Source: an uncultured Holophagales bacterium
GTDB taxonomy: Bacteria > Acidobacteriota > Thermoanaerobaculia > Multivoradales > UBA5704
Direction: 5' to 3'
DNA length: 64,000 nucleotides
NCBI GenBank assembly: GCA_963842525.1
Contig: CAWJGT010000003.1
Coordinates: forward strand, 1,120,001 to 1,184,000
A program made the position numbers and the translations under genes. Positions 29,773-38,858 of the stretch are shown piece after piece. Below the pieces are notes generated by a model. That model saw only the letters and a list, made by a program, of their open reading frames with translations. It did not search any database and was not told the DNA's origin. Positions within the stretch are counted from its first letter, which is position 1, and the number at the start of each line of letters is the position of its first letter.

Positions 29773-31753
29773 GCTCGCGGAGAGCCCGCAGAAGCTGCTT
29801 CAAGCTTTCTTCTCGATCTCCTGCGAAGAACTCCAGCCGGTGCACGCCAGCAAGCAGATAACGAAACTGAGCCTCTATCTTTGTATCGTCCAGGCATACA
29901 GGCAGTATCACCTTGTGGATGTCAGAGGCAATGTCGAGTTCCTTCGGGACTTGTTCCGATTCCATGGAGTTTTTCGATACTAAAAATACAACGACCCGAC
30001 AGTTGTCGATGGCGGAGACGATGGCTTCGCGCCACTGGACACCACCAGAGATCATGTCCTTGTCGCGCCACGCGCGGATGCCGTATGCCTCCAGGTCTGC
30101 CGTCAGTCGCTCGGCTTCCTTCTCGTCCTTCCGGGAATAGCTGATGACGACAGGGTAAGGTTCGGCCGTTGCCCCCCAGCGTTCCGCCGGCCGTCCTGTG
30201 AGGCCGGTGAGCAATTCCGTGGCATCCACGTGACGCGACGAGGGGTCCGATGCCAGCGCCCGGCGCAGGGCCGCCTGCAGAGGGCCAGGAGGGAATAAGC
30301 CCTCCGCGTCCGACGGGGTGGGCGGACCGATATTCCGCGCCGCACCGGCCGCGCACAGACAGCAAACGGTGGCAGCGATGGCGTAGACATCGGTAGCAGG
30401 CTCCAGGGTTCTCGCACCGGCCATATTCACCTCAGGTGCCACTACACGCGGATAGGCATAAACCGGGCAGCCGCGTCGAGCGATTAGCAGCAAGGCCTGT
30501 CCCCCGAGCAGCCAGCGGTTCCCAAGGCTGCGGAATACAGTGTAGGGCGAGACAAAACCGTGAACCCAACCAGCCCTGTGCAAGACGGACACGGCCTGTG
30601 CGAGGGCCAGCGCCAGCGCTTGGCCCTCGCCGGGGCTTAGGATGGGGCGTGCCTTCCTTCGCCTTTGCGCAACGCAGGTATCTTCGTCCAACGGGGAGGC
30701 AATGACGATGCGGCGTCCCCATTCCGGCTCCGCCTGAAACCATTTTTCCAGCGGCAGCAGATGTTCGTCCGTCACCTGGCGGCGCGCCTTGAACTCCTCT
30801 GTGGCCGATTTGATCAAGCCGAAATCTCCCGGCACTACTGTCAACAAATACCGGTCGCTCATCTCTTGCTCAGCCGCATCTAGGAGCCAGAAGCGTGGTT
30901 TGAGCAGGAGAGCGCGATTGACAACGAAGCCTTTGCGGATCTCGCCGCGAATTGCACCCTCCTTCTCACCGTCCCGAGCCGTCTGGCTCTTCGGGACGGG
31001 CACCCCCTCAGTGGCCCGCAGGACGCTGCGGATAAGTCCAGGACGGCATGCATCTCCCCACAACTCCGCGACAGCCTTCTGCGCTTCCAGGGGCGTTAGC
31101 CGGCCGGTGTGGGCAGCGGCGTTACGATGGATGTCGACGGCCTGCTGGAGGCGGTAGCACAGCCTACCGTCCCGCCACCAGCGGTTGGGCCGCAAGAGGT
31201 TGCTCTGCATCCAGCGTTTCAAATCCCCCAAGAGACCGGGCTCGTTTGCCCTGCATTCCTTCAGCTTTGAAAAAAGCAGGGCCGAGAACTTCAGACCGGG
31301 CAGTGGCTTGCCGTGCCGGACGAAGTAAGCCAAGCTGGTCAACTCCTGACTGGGCCAGCCGGCTTCCGGAGTCGCCATCCGCCTTGCAAGGGACATGGCA
31401 TCTCGGAAGGGGCGGAAGATCTTCCGCTCGACCTCGATCTCGACCGCCTTGAACAAGCACAGGATCACGGGCGAAAAGTCAATCTCAGGCGCTTCTGTCT
31501 GACCGAGTTGCTTGCCGGTGAGCTCCAGCACCTTGTCGCGCTCGGCGGCGACCTCTTCAAGCATCTCGTGGAAGACCTGCGACGTGACGAGGCAGGAACG
31601 AGTCCGCTTGTCGAGCCGGGTCCAAAGGTCGTGACCCAGGCGGCCCTGTAGAGCCGAGGCGGCCTTCGATAGGTAGACTAGGGCCGCGCTGCCGGCCCCG
31701 GCCGCGCGTACCGAACGGCTGTCTCCCGAAGTGTCTTGACCGGAAAACGCCAT
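29738..31753 (-). CDS. HEPN-like + protein-kinase-like (degenerate) + TIR fusion protein
   Basis: DFSPVILCLFKAVEIE and RNAAAH (Rx4H); LHRAGWVHG, APE, TDVYAIA; VVISYSRKD..AWRD..GGVQW..SEQVPKEL. Confidence 0.8.
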   Translation of the reverse strand: MAFSGQDTSGDSRSVRAAGAGSAALVYLSKAASALQGRLGHDLWTRLDKRTRSCLVTSQVFHEMLEEVAAERDKVLELTGKQLGQTEAPEIDFSPVILCLFKAVEIEVERKIFRPFRDAMSLARRMATPEAGWPSQELTSLAYFVRHGKPLPGLKFSALLFSKLKECRANEPGLLGDLKRWMQSNLLRPNRWWRDGRLCYRLQQAVDIHRNAAAHTGRLTPLEAQKAVAELWGDACRPGLIRSVLRATEGVPVPKSQTARDGEKEGAIRGEIRKGFVVNRALLLKPRFWLLDAAEQEMSDRYLLTVVPGDFGLIKSATEEFKARRQVTDEHLLPLEKWFQAEPEWGRRIVIASPLDEDTCVAQRRRKARPILSPGEGQALALALAQAVSVLHRAGWVHGFVSPYTVFRSLGNRWLLGGQALLLIARRGCPVYAYPRVVAPEVNMAGARTLEPATDVYAIAATVCCLCAAGAARNIGPPTPSDAEGLFPPGPLQAALRRALASDPSSRHVDATELLTGLTGRPAERWGATAEPYPVVISYSRKDEKEAERLTADLEAYGIRAWRDKDMISGGVQWREAIVSAIDNCRVVVFLVSKNSMESEQVPKELDIASDIHKVILPVCLDDTKIEAQFRYLLAGVHRLEFFAGDREESLKQLLRALREHGVLPTRRSGR

Positions 31754-32029
31754 TAGCGCTATTCTAGTTTGACGGGGGGCCGAGTGGCGGCGGTTTGCCC
31801 TTCCGCAGGCATGATTAGTAGAGGCCGACAACGCCCCCGAACTCAGGCCGGCGATTCATGAAGGGCTTTCCGGGAGAGGTTCGAACCCTCTTACCCTCAC
31901 TGTTTTAAGTCCGACTGCTTCCATCTCCTCGTCAGTCTCGAAGATACCGGCCGATTCTAGCTGAAACTGCGGTCGACCTCCAGGTTCCAGCACAGTCTGG
32001 GGGAGGGGTGCCAGGCGATTGTCTGTGGA

Positions 32030-32446
32030 GCCCACGTCTGCGGCGCCGCTCCCACCGGGGCGACGCCGGTGAGCCAGGCGAGCAGGGTGCCGAGCGCCAC
32101 CGCCACCAAGCCACCCGGGAGCCCGCCGCGAAAGCGCCCCCGGCCGAAATAGGTGAGCAGGACGTCCGTCCGTCCCGTCGCCCGTCCCAGGCGGACCGCC
32201 TGCCACGAGTAGAACAGGTTGCCCACCACCAGAGACACGACCGCGCCGGGGAGGACCCGGCCGTAGATCAGCTCGTTGGGGAAGCCGAGCACCGTCCGGC
32301 ACAAAACGTCGATGAGCAGAAGCTGGACGAGGTTGTCGAGAGCCAGCCCGAAGAACCCGTCGATGTCGCCGCGGACCATCCAACGCATGGAAGCCTCCTC
32401 CCGGATTGCTGGGAGGAGCGTATCGGAGAAGAGCCATCGGGAGTAG
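32030..32446 (-). pseudogene. Partial, internally deleted duplicate of the NCS2 permease 5' region
   Basis: Matches 23845-24583 except for an in-frame 321-bp deletion (23979-24299); includes RBS/upstream sequence. Confidence 0.9.
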
Positions 32447-32580
32447 TCGTGACCCCCTCGCAGCTCTTCCGGGCCCCGCGTTTGTCCTGCGGGACCGTCC
32501 CCGGCGGCAGTCCGGGGACGGTGGGACCCGTGGGTTTACGGGACGGGAGGGGTGGCCGTTGCGGGCAGCCGGCGCACGGA

Positions 32581-34740
32581 TCAGACCTGGAGTCCCTGCG
32601 GCACCGACTGCTGCTGAGAGGCTCCGACAAGCTGTCCGGTACCGCGCCCCACGATGTAGTTGTCGATGATCAGGGCATCGAGATCTGGTGTCTCCCGAAA
32701 GAAGTTGAGGATGTCGGCCGGGGTCTCGACGATGGGCATCCCTCTTCTGTTGAGCGAGGTGTTGAGGAGCGCCGAGATCCCAGTCAGCCGCTTGAAAGCC
32801 TGGAGCAGCGCGCAATACCTTTCGTTCCACTCCGGAGTCACCGTTTGCAGGCGTACGGACCCGTCGCAATGGACGATGCTCGTCAAGCGCTCCCGCCACT
32901 CCGGACGGACGTTGGCGACCAGAATCATATAAGGGCTTTCGCCGTCGAGGTCGAAATAGGTCTGCGCATCGGCCAGCAGGACCGAGGGAGCGAACGGCCG
33001 AAATTCCTCCCGGCGTTTGATTTTCGCGTTGATCTTGTCGCGGAACTCGGGATGCCGGGGGTCCGCCAGGATGCTGCGATGCCCCAGCGCCCGCGGGCCG
33101 AGCTCAGCTCCTCCTTGAAACCACGCCACAATCTTGCCGTCTGCAAGGAGTTGGGCGGTCGTCTCGACCACATTCTCGTCCTGCTCGAAGACGAGCGTTC
33201 TTTCGTTCGTCAGCCCCGCAGTCGTCAATCCCTTTTGGATCTCCTGGCGAACCCGGCTCCAGTCGACGCTGTTATAGAAGGTCAACAGTACGTCAGGGTT
33301 GGTGCACTCGATTAGACGACCTTCGAGGGCCTGGGCAGGGTGCAGGCTGCCGTAGAGAAGACCAGCCATGGCTTGCTGGTCTCCGGCAATGACGGCTCCG
33401 CCGTTGAGCGTTTGCCCTTGGAGCAGACGACACGAGGAGCCATCGACCGCACTCACAAAATCTCCAAGGCCCTCGACCTTCCAGGTCAAAGTACCTTCCC
33501 ACCCTCCCAGCCTTTGTCGATCCAGGCAATCGTGGATCAGATGGAACAGCAGCTCGATCCCACCCCGGACCGTCTGGGTACTTGTCGCGAGCGAGGCGCT
33601 GCGTGCCGACTCCAGAGAATCGCGGACCATTTTTTCCGGGTACCGGTAGCCGAGGAAGGGCGAGCCGGAATGCCGAACGAGCTCCCTCCTCAGCACCTCC
33701 AGCCAGCCGTAGTAGGCACAGCCGACGGAAATACCGTTGTCACCTGCCGCGGGGACCATGTACAGTTGTTTGAACCTGGATTTTTTCAAAATCAGGGCGT
33801 TGGCGACCGCGTTGAGCGCGACTCCACCGGCATAGGCGAGGCAGTCGCCCGGGCCCATTTCGTAGCGGCTTTCCACGAGATAAAGCAGGGCCCGTTCAAC
33901 CTCTCTCTGTACCCAGTGCGCAATATCGGCAAAGTATTGGAACCTCTGTTTGAAGTCCTCAGGGCTCATGGCAGGCTGCCGAAAGTTTTCCATCCAGTCG
34001 TAGCGGACGAAGACTCTCCCGGCTCGCAGCTCGAAGATCTCGCCGTCGAAGGCTCCTGGACGGCCGAAAGGCGCCAATCCCATGAGCTTGCCGAGGTCCA
34101 TGTTTTCACGGAAGCAATACAGGCTGACGGCGCCGTACACACCTCCGATGGAGTGCTTCGTCGTGATTGGCAGCATCGGATAGTCCTTGAGCGTCATGCC
34201 CCAAGGTGAGAAATCCTTGTAGACGACGCGCAGGCGGCCGTCGCGATACGTGTAATAGCTGTCTTTTTCGAAATAGAGATGGCAGACATCTTCGCCTACG
34301 TCCTCTACGGCTTTGAAGTCCGCCACGGAGAAATCGTCGCATTCATCCAAGCCGCTGCCACAGCCGTCAACCACCAGGATGTTGGGCTCGGCGAAAGGAC
34401 TGGTCCCCAAGGCGCTGTATGCGTGGGCAAGATGGTGAGAAATGGTCACGATGGGCAGATCCATGCCGTCTCTGAAGGGGCGTGGGCCGGAGAAAAATGA
34501 ATTCCCCCGTTCGAAGCGTCCGAAGTTGGCGTTCTGCACCACGAGCGTCAGGTCGTCGAGCGTGATCCCCGCTGCGTCGAGGCAGTACTGGATGGCGGCA
34601 GCATCATTGCCGCCGTCGTGCTTGACCCGGGTGACGCGCTCCTTCTCGATGGCCACCGCGATACGGCCATCCTTGAGAAGGCAGACCGAACCGTCGTGAG
34701 ATACTCCTGTTCCCAGAACATAGACCGGCTTCGTGGGCAT
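32581..34740 (-). CDS. NodU/CmcH-family O-carbamoyltransferase with inserted SCP2-like domain
   Basis: SHDGS, EKERVTRVKH, SHHLAHAYSA, GKLMGLAPFG, AGGVALN, GDNG; ELGPRALGHRSIL, KRREEFRPFAP, LNTSLN. Confidence 0.9.
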   Translation of the reverse strand: MPTKPVYVLGTGVSHDGSVCLLKDGRIAVAIEKERVTRVKHDGGNDAAAIQYCLDAAGITLDDLTLVVQNANFGRFERGNSFFSGPRPFRDGMDLPIVTISHHLAHAYSALGTSPFAEPNILVVDGCGSGLDECDDFSVADFKAVEDVGEDVCHLYFEKDSYYTYRDGRLRVVYKDFSPWGMTLKDYPMLPITTKHSIGGVYGAVSLYCFRENMDLGKLMGLAPFGRPGAFDGEIFELRAGRVFVRYDWMENFRQPAMSPEDFKQRFQYFADIAHWVQREVERALLYLVESRYEMGPGDCLAYAGGVALNAVANALILKKSRFKQLYMVPAAGDNGISVGCAYYGWLEVLRRELVRHSGSPFLGYRYPEKMVRDSLESARSASLATSTQTVRGGIELLFHLIHDCLDRQRLGGWEGTLTWKVEGLGDFVSAVDGSSCRLLQGQTLNGGAVIAGDQQAMAGLLYGSLHPAQALEGRLIECTNPDVLLTFYNSVDWSRVRQEIQKGLTTAGLTNERTLVFEQDENVVETTAQLLADGKIVAWFQGGAELGPRALGHRSILADPRHPEFRDKINAKIKRREEFRPFAPSVLLADAQTYFDLDGESPYMILVANVRPEWRERLTSIVHCDGSVRLQTVTPEWNERYCALLQAFKRLTGISALLNTSLNRRGMPIVETPADILNFFRETPDLDALIIDNYIVGRGTGQLVGASQQQSVPQGLQV

Positions 34741-34903
34741 TACGATCTCCCGTTGTCGCGAAACATGGACAAAAGCTGGCGAGCCGTCTCGCCAGAAGGT
34801 TTGCGGCAATGCGGAGTTTAGTATAAGACTGTGGGTGAGGACAGCCAGGGGGGGAGGGCAGGCGGTTGCGGGCGCTGTCGCCGCCGACTGCCCGCTGCCG
34901 CTC

Positions 34904-34932
34904 TTGACACCGCTTCGTCACCTCACTACGCT
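34904..34932 (+). promoter_or_regulatory. Sigma70-type promoter of the LacI/glucan operon
   Basis: TTGACA (34904-09), 17-bp spacer, TACGCT (34927-32). Confidence 0.7.
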
Positions 34933-34950
34933 CATGTAACCGGTTACATG
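34933..34950. promoter_or_regulatory. LacI-family operator
   Basis: Perfect 18-bp palindrome CATGTAACCGGTTACATG with central CG, between -10 box and lacI start. Confidence 0.85.
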
Positions 34951-34955
34951 GCGCC

Positions 34956-36036
34956 ATGACGAGCCAAAACAGACCGACAGACCCGACGACCGCGAACGCC
35001 ACCATCAAACAGGTGGCGCGGTTGGCTGGTGTCTCGGTGGCCACGGTGTCCCGCGTTCTCAACGACAAGGGGCCGGTCCGCGAGGAGACCCGGCTCCGCA
35101 TCCGGGAGGTGATGGAGAGCCTCCGCTACGTCCCGCACAGCGCGGCCCGCAGCCTCACGACCAACCAGACCGACACGCTGGGCATCCTCCTGCCGGACAT
35201 CTACGGCGAGTTCTTCTCCGAGCTGATCCGCGGCATCGACGCCGCGGCACGGCGGCGGGGGTATCACATCCTGGTCTCCGGGTCGCACAACGACCGCGAG
35301 GAGATCGCGGCCGTGCTGCGGGCTCTGCGCGGGCGCGTCGACGGGCTGATCCTCATGACCCCATCGCCAGGCACCCTGGAGGCCCTGCGCGCCAACCTGC
35401 CCGAGTCGTTGCCCACCGTGCTGCTCGACTGCCCGCCGCTCGACCTGCCGTTCGACTCCATCAACGTGGACAACCGCGGCGGCGCCTATGCCATGGCGCG
35501 GCATCTGATCGGCCTGGGGCACCGGCGCATCGCGTTCATCCAGGGGCCTCCCGGTAACCACGACGCCGGCGAGCGCCTGCGCGGCTACCGCGAGGCGGTC
35601 CGCGACCTCGGAGCGGAGGTGGCGCCGGAAGCTCGAGATCCCTGGCGATTTCGGCGAGGAGGCCGGCTCCCGGGCGGGGCAGCGGGCTCTCGCGCTCGAT
35701 CCCCGGCCGTCCGCCATCTTTGCGGCCAACGACGCCATGGCCATCGGCTGCCTCTATGCGCTGGGCCAGGCCGGCATCCAGGTCCCCGAGGAGGTGGCCC
35801 TCGCCGGCTTCGACGACATCCCGATCGCCCGCTTCATGAGCCCTCCGCTGACCTCGGTGGGCGTGTCGATCGCCGGGCTCGGTGCGCTCGCCCTGGAGCG
35901 CCTGCTCGAGACGATGCGGCTCCGCGGCGCCGGCGGGCCCCGCCACGAGACGCTGCCTCCCACCCTGGTGGTGCGGGGCTCGTGTGGCGCACATCTAGTG
36001 AAAACTGCTCTTCTGGAAGGAGGTTCGGAACCATGA
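34956..36036 (+). CDS. LacI-family transcriptional regulator; frameshift near 35630
   Basis: TIKQVARLAGVSVATVSRVLN; after the shift AIFAANDAMAIG, AGFDDI, PPLTSV; TGA overlaps next ATG. Confidence 0.92.
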
Positions 36037-38858
36037 ACAGTCATTTCGGCAAGCGTACGCTCGCCAGGTCCTTGGGGTTGATCCTTGTAGGTGCGCTCCT
36101 GGGGGCCGGCACGGCCGCGGCGCAGAGCACCACCGCGGCCATCCGCGGCAAGGTGACGAACGAGCAGGACGCCGCGCTCGCCAACGCCGAGGTCAACGCG
36201 GTCGGCACGGAGTCGGGATTCGTCAAGACCGTCAACGCCGGCCCTGACGGATCTTTCCAACTCGGGGGGCTCACTCCGGGTGCATACGCTATTGTGGTGT
36301 CGGCGGAAGGGTTCGAGCCGCGCACGGAGACGGTGACCGTCCTCGTCGGCCAGAACCTGAACATCACATTTGTGATGACGCCGACGGCCGTCCTCACCGA
36401 ATCGATCACCGTGGTCGGCGACCAGCTCGTCGAGACCAGGACGTCGGAGGCGGCGACCAACGTCACGACGCAGCAGATCGAGAACCTGCCGCAGGACAAC
36501 CGCAACTTCCTCAACTTCGCGGCGCTCGCGCCGGGCATCCGGCTCTCGAAAGACCCACTGCGTAAGACGATCTCCAGCGATGCCCAGCCGTCCGAGCAGA
36601 CCAACGTCTTCATCGATGGCGTGAGCTTCAAGAACGACGTGCTGCAGGGCGGTGTGGTGGGCCAGGACGCGAGCCGCGGCAACCCGTTCCCGCAGAACGC
36701 CGTACAGGAGTTCCGGGTCATCACCCAGAACTACAGCGCGCAATATGAGAAGGCATCGAGCGCGATCATTACCGCTGTCACCAAGTCGGGCGGCAACAAC
36801 TTGAAGGGGCAGGCCTTCTGGTTCTATCAGCCGAAAGAGTGGGTCGAGGATTTGGATAAGAATTTCCAGTTTTCGTCGCTGACCACCAACGAGGACTACG
36901 AGCGCAACCAGCCCGGAGTGTCGCTCGGCGGACCGCTCATCAAAGACAAGCTCCATTATTTCCTCTCCTACGAGCGCACCGAGGAAGATGCCACCAATCC
37001 GGTGACTCTTGGCAACGCGAATTTCGCAGGCCAGTTCGGCCAGTACGTCGGCGTCTTTCCCAGCCCGTTCGAGTCGAACCTGGGCTTCGGCAAGCTGAGC
37101 TGGCAGCCGGCGCAGAATCAGCTCGTCGACTGGAGCGGCAGCTACCGCAGCGAGGAGGAAGCGCGCGACTTCGGCGGCCAGACGTCGTTCGAGTCGGCGA
37201 CGGACATCAAGAACTGGGTGTACAGCTCGACGCTGCGCCACCAGTGGAACAACGACAACGTCTTGAACCAGGCGACGCTCAGTTGGCAGGAGTACGCCTG
37301 GAACCCGACGGCGCGCAATCCCGATCTCGTGGGCCGCAACTACGAAGGCGTCATCCGCATCGGCGGCAACAGCACGATCCAGGAGTTCAAGCAGCAGCGG
37401 ATCGAGCTGCGCGACGACTACAACTTCCCCTTGTACGACCGGCTCGGCGATCACAACTTCCAGGTCGGCGCCAACGTCGACTTCCTCCGTTATGAAATCA
37501 ACAAGAGCCTGAACGGGAACCCGGTCTACAATTTCCGCAACGACCCGGCGAACGGCCTGACGTTCGACCAGCCGTTCGAGGCGCTGTTCGGCTTCGGCAA
37601 CTCGTTCCTCTCGGCCGACAACCGCCAGTACGGCATCTACGGCCAGGACACCTGGTCGGTCAACCCGCGCCTGACGGTGAACCTCGGCCTGCGCTGGGAC
37701 TACGAGTCGAACCAGCTCGACGACGACTATGTCACCCCGGCCAACATCGCGGCCGGGCTGGCCGGCAGGGTAGACGCGAGCTACATCTCGACCGGCAGCG
37801 AGCGCTCGCAGTACAAGAACGCATGGCAGCCGCGCCTCGGCTTCTCGTACGACCTGCGCGGTGACAGCCGGTCGGTCGTCTTCGGCGGCGTTGGCCGCTA
37901 CTACGACCGCCTCTTCCTGAACGCCGGGCTCGACGAGCGCTATCGCCTGCAGTTCCCGGTCTACCGCATCGCGTTCTCGCCCGATGGACGGCCGGGGACG
38001 ATCCGCTTTGATCCCCGCTTTCTGACGGTCGCGGGCCTGCATGAGCTCATCGCGTCGGGAGCGACCAACCCCGAGATCTTCCTCCTCAACAACGACACCA
38101 AGCCGCCCTATTCGAACCAATGGAACATCGGGTTCCGCCAGGCGCTCGGCACCTGGATCGGCTCGCTGAGCTACAACCAGGTCCGCGGCTACCGCGGCTT
38201 TACCTGGCTGTCGGCGACCGGGATCTGCTGCTCGGCGCTGGTGCCGGGCTTCGGCAACGTGATCGTTTCCGACCCGGAAGGGAAGCAGTACTGGTACGAC
38301 GGCATCTTCCTGACATTCGACCGTCCCTTCACGGGCCGCTGGGGAGCGCACGTCGCCTGGACGCACAGCAAGGCCGAGCAGAACGGCAACGACCTCTTCA
38401 GCCTCGACTATCCGAGCGCCGACACGTACCCGCGCCACGAGGTGCCCGGCTCCGAGCGCGACCGCATCGTCGCCAACGCCATCTTCGCGTTGCCCTGGGA
38501 ACTGCGCTTCGGCACCAACCTCTCGTTCGGCAGCGGCGCGGCGACCGACGTCCTCGATTTTTCGCAGGGTTTCGATCTCCCGGCGCGCCTGCGGACGCGT
38601 CCGTTCGAGCGCTCGATCCGCCCACCGAAGAAGTGGGGCTTCGCGGACCGCTCGATCGACTTCCGCCTGGAAAAGGCTTTTGTGTTCGGCGACACCTCGG
38701 TCGCTCTCATCGGCGAGATCTTCAACGCCTTCAACTGGACCAGCTTCGGTTGCCTGAACAACTTCATCCCGCCGGAGGGGAATCCGACCTTCGGCGAGCC
38801 GACCTGCGTCACCAACCTCGGCCGCCGCGAGCAGATCGGGCTGAGGGTGAATTTCTGA
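36033..38858 (+). CDS. TonB-dependent receptor (carboxypeptidase-regulatory-like N-domain, Oar-like)
   Basis: GGAGG RBS; signal peptide; IRGKVT..., NLPQDNRNFLNFA, AVQEFRVIT, TKSGGN, NLGLRWDY, C-terminal Phe. Confidence 0.93.
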   Translation: MNSHFGKRTLARSLGLILVGALLGAGTAAAQSTTAAIRGKVTNEQDAALANAEVNAVGTESGFVKTVNAGPDGSFQLGGLTPGAYAIVVSAEGFEPRTETVTVLVGQNLNITFVMTPTAVLTESITVVGDQLVETRTSEAATNVTTQQIENLPQDNRNFLNFAALAPGIRLSKDPLRKTISSDAQPSEQTNVFIDGVSFKNDVLQGGVVGQDASRGNPFPQNAVQEFRVITQNYSAQYEKASSAIITAVTKSGGNNLKGQAFWFYQPKEWVEDLDKNFQFSSLTTNEDYERNQPGVSLGGPLIKDKLHYFLSYERTEEDATNPVTLGNANFAGQFGQYVGVFPSPFESNLGFGKLSWQPAQNQLVDWSGSYRSEEEARDFGGQTSFESATDIKNWVYSSTLRHQWNNDNVLNQATLSWQEYAWNPTARNPDLVGRNYEGVIRIGGNSTIQEFKQQRIELRDDYNFPLYDRLGDHNFQVGANVDFLRYEINKSLNGNPVYNFRNDPANGLTFDQPFEALFGFGNSFLSADNRQYGIYGQDTWSVNPRLTVNLGLRWDYESNQLDDDYVTPANIAAGLAGRVDASYISTGSERSQYKNAWQPRLGFSYDLRGDSRSVVFGGVGRYYDRLFLNAGLDERYRLQFPVYRIAFSPDGRPGTIRFDPRFLTVAGLHELIASGATNPEIFLLNNDTKPPYSNQWNIGFRQALGTWIGSLSYNQVRGYRGFTWLSATGICCSALVPGFGNVIVSDPEGKQYWYDGIFLTFDRPFTGRWGAHVAWTHSKAEQNGNDLFSLDYPSADTYPRHEVPGSERDRIVANAIFALPWELRFGTNLSFGSGAATDVLDFSQGFDLPARLRTRPFERSIRPPKKWGFADRSIDFRLEKAFVFGDTSVALIGEIFNAFNWTSFGCLNNFIPPEGNPTFGEPTCVTNLGRREQIGLRVNF

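Noticed and set aside
31870-31930. Intact tRNA gene
   Set aside because: No acceptor stem or D-arm can be formed; kept only as a low-confidence relic
35754-38438. Long antisense ORFs (894 aa here; also 9782-11629, 15613-17355, 49263-50837)
   Set aside because: Shadow frames of real high-GC genes, with no motifs
38120-38854. N-terminal extensions of the GH144, SBP (39496) and permease (41486) ORFs
   Set aside because: They overlap upstream genes; true starts coincide with the upstream stop codons and signal peptides
34956-38858. 1300-aa LacI-TonB receptor fusion ORF
   Set aside because: Artefact of a frameshift near 35630; LacI finishes in another frame at 36036 and the receptor has its own RBS and ATG at 36033
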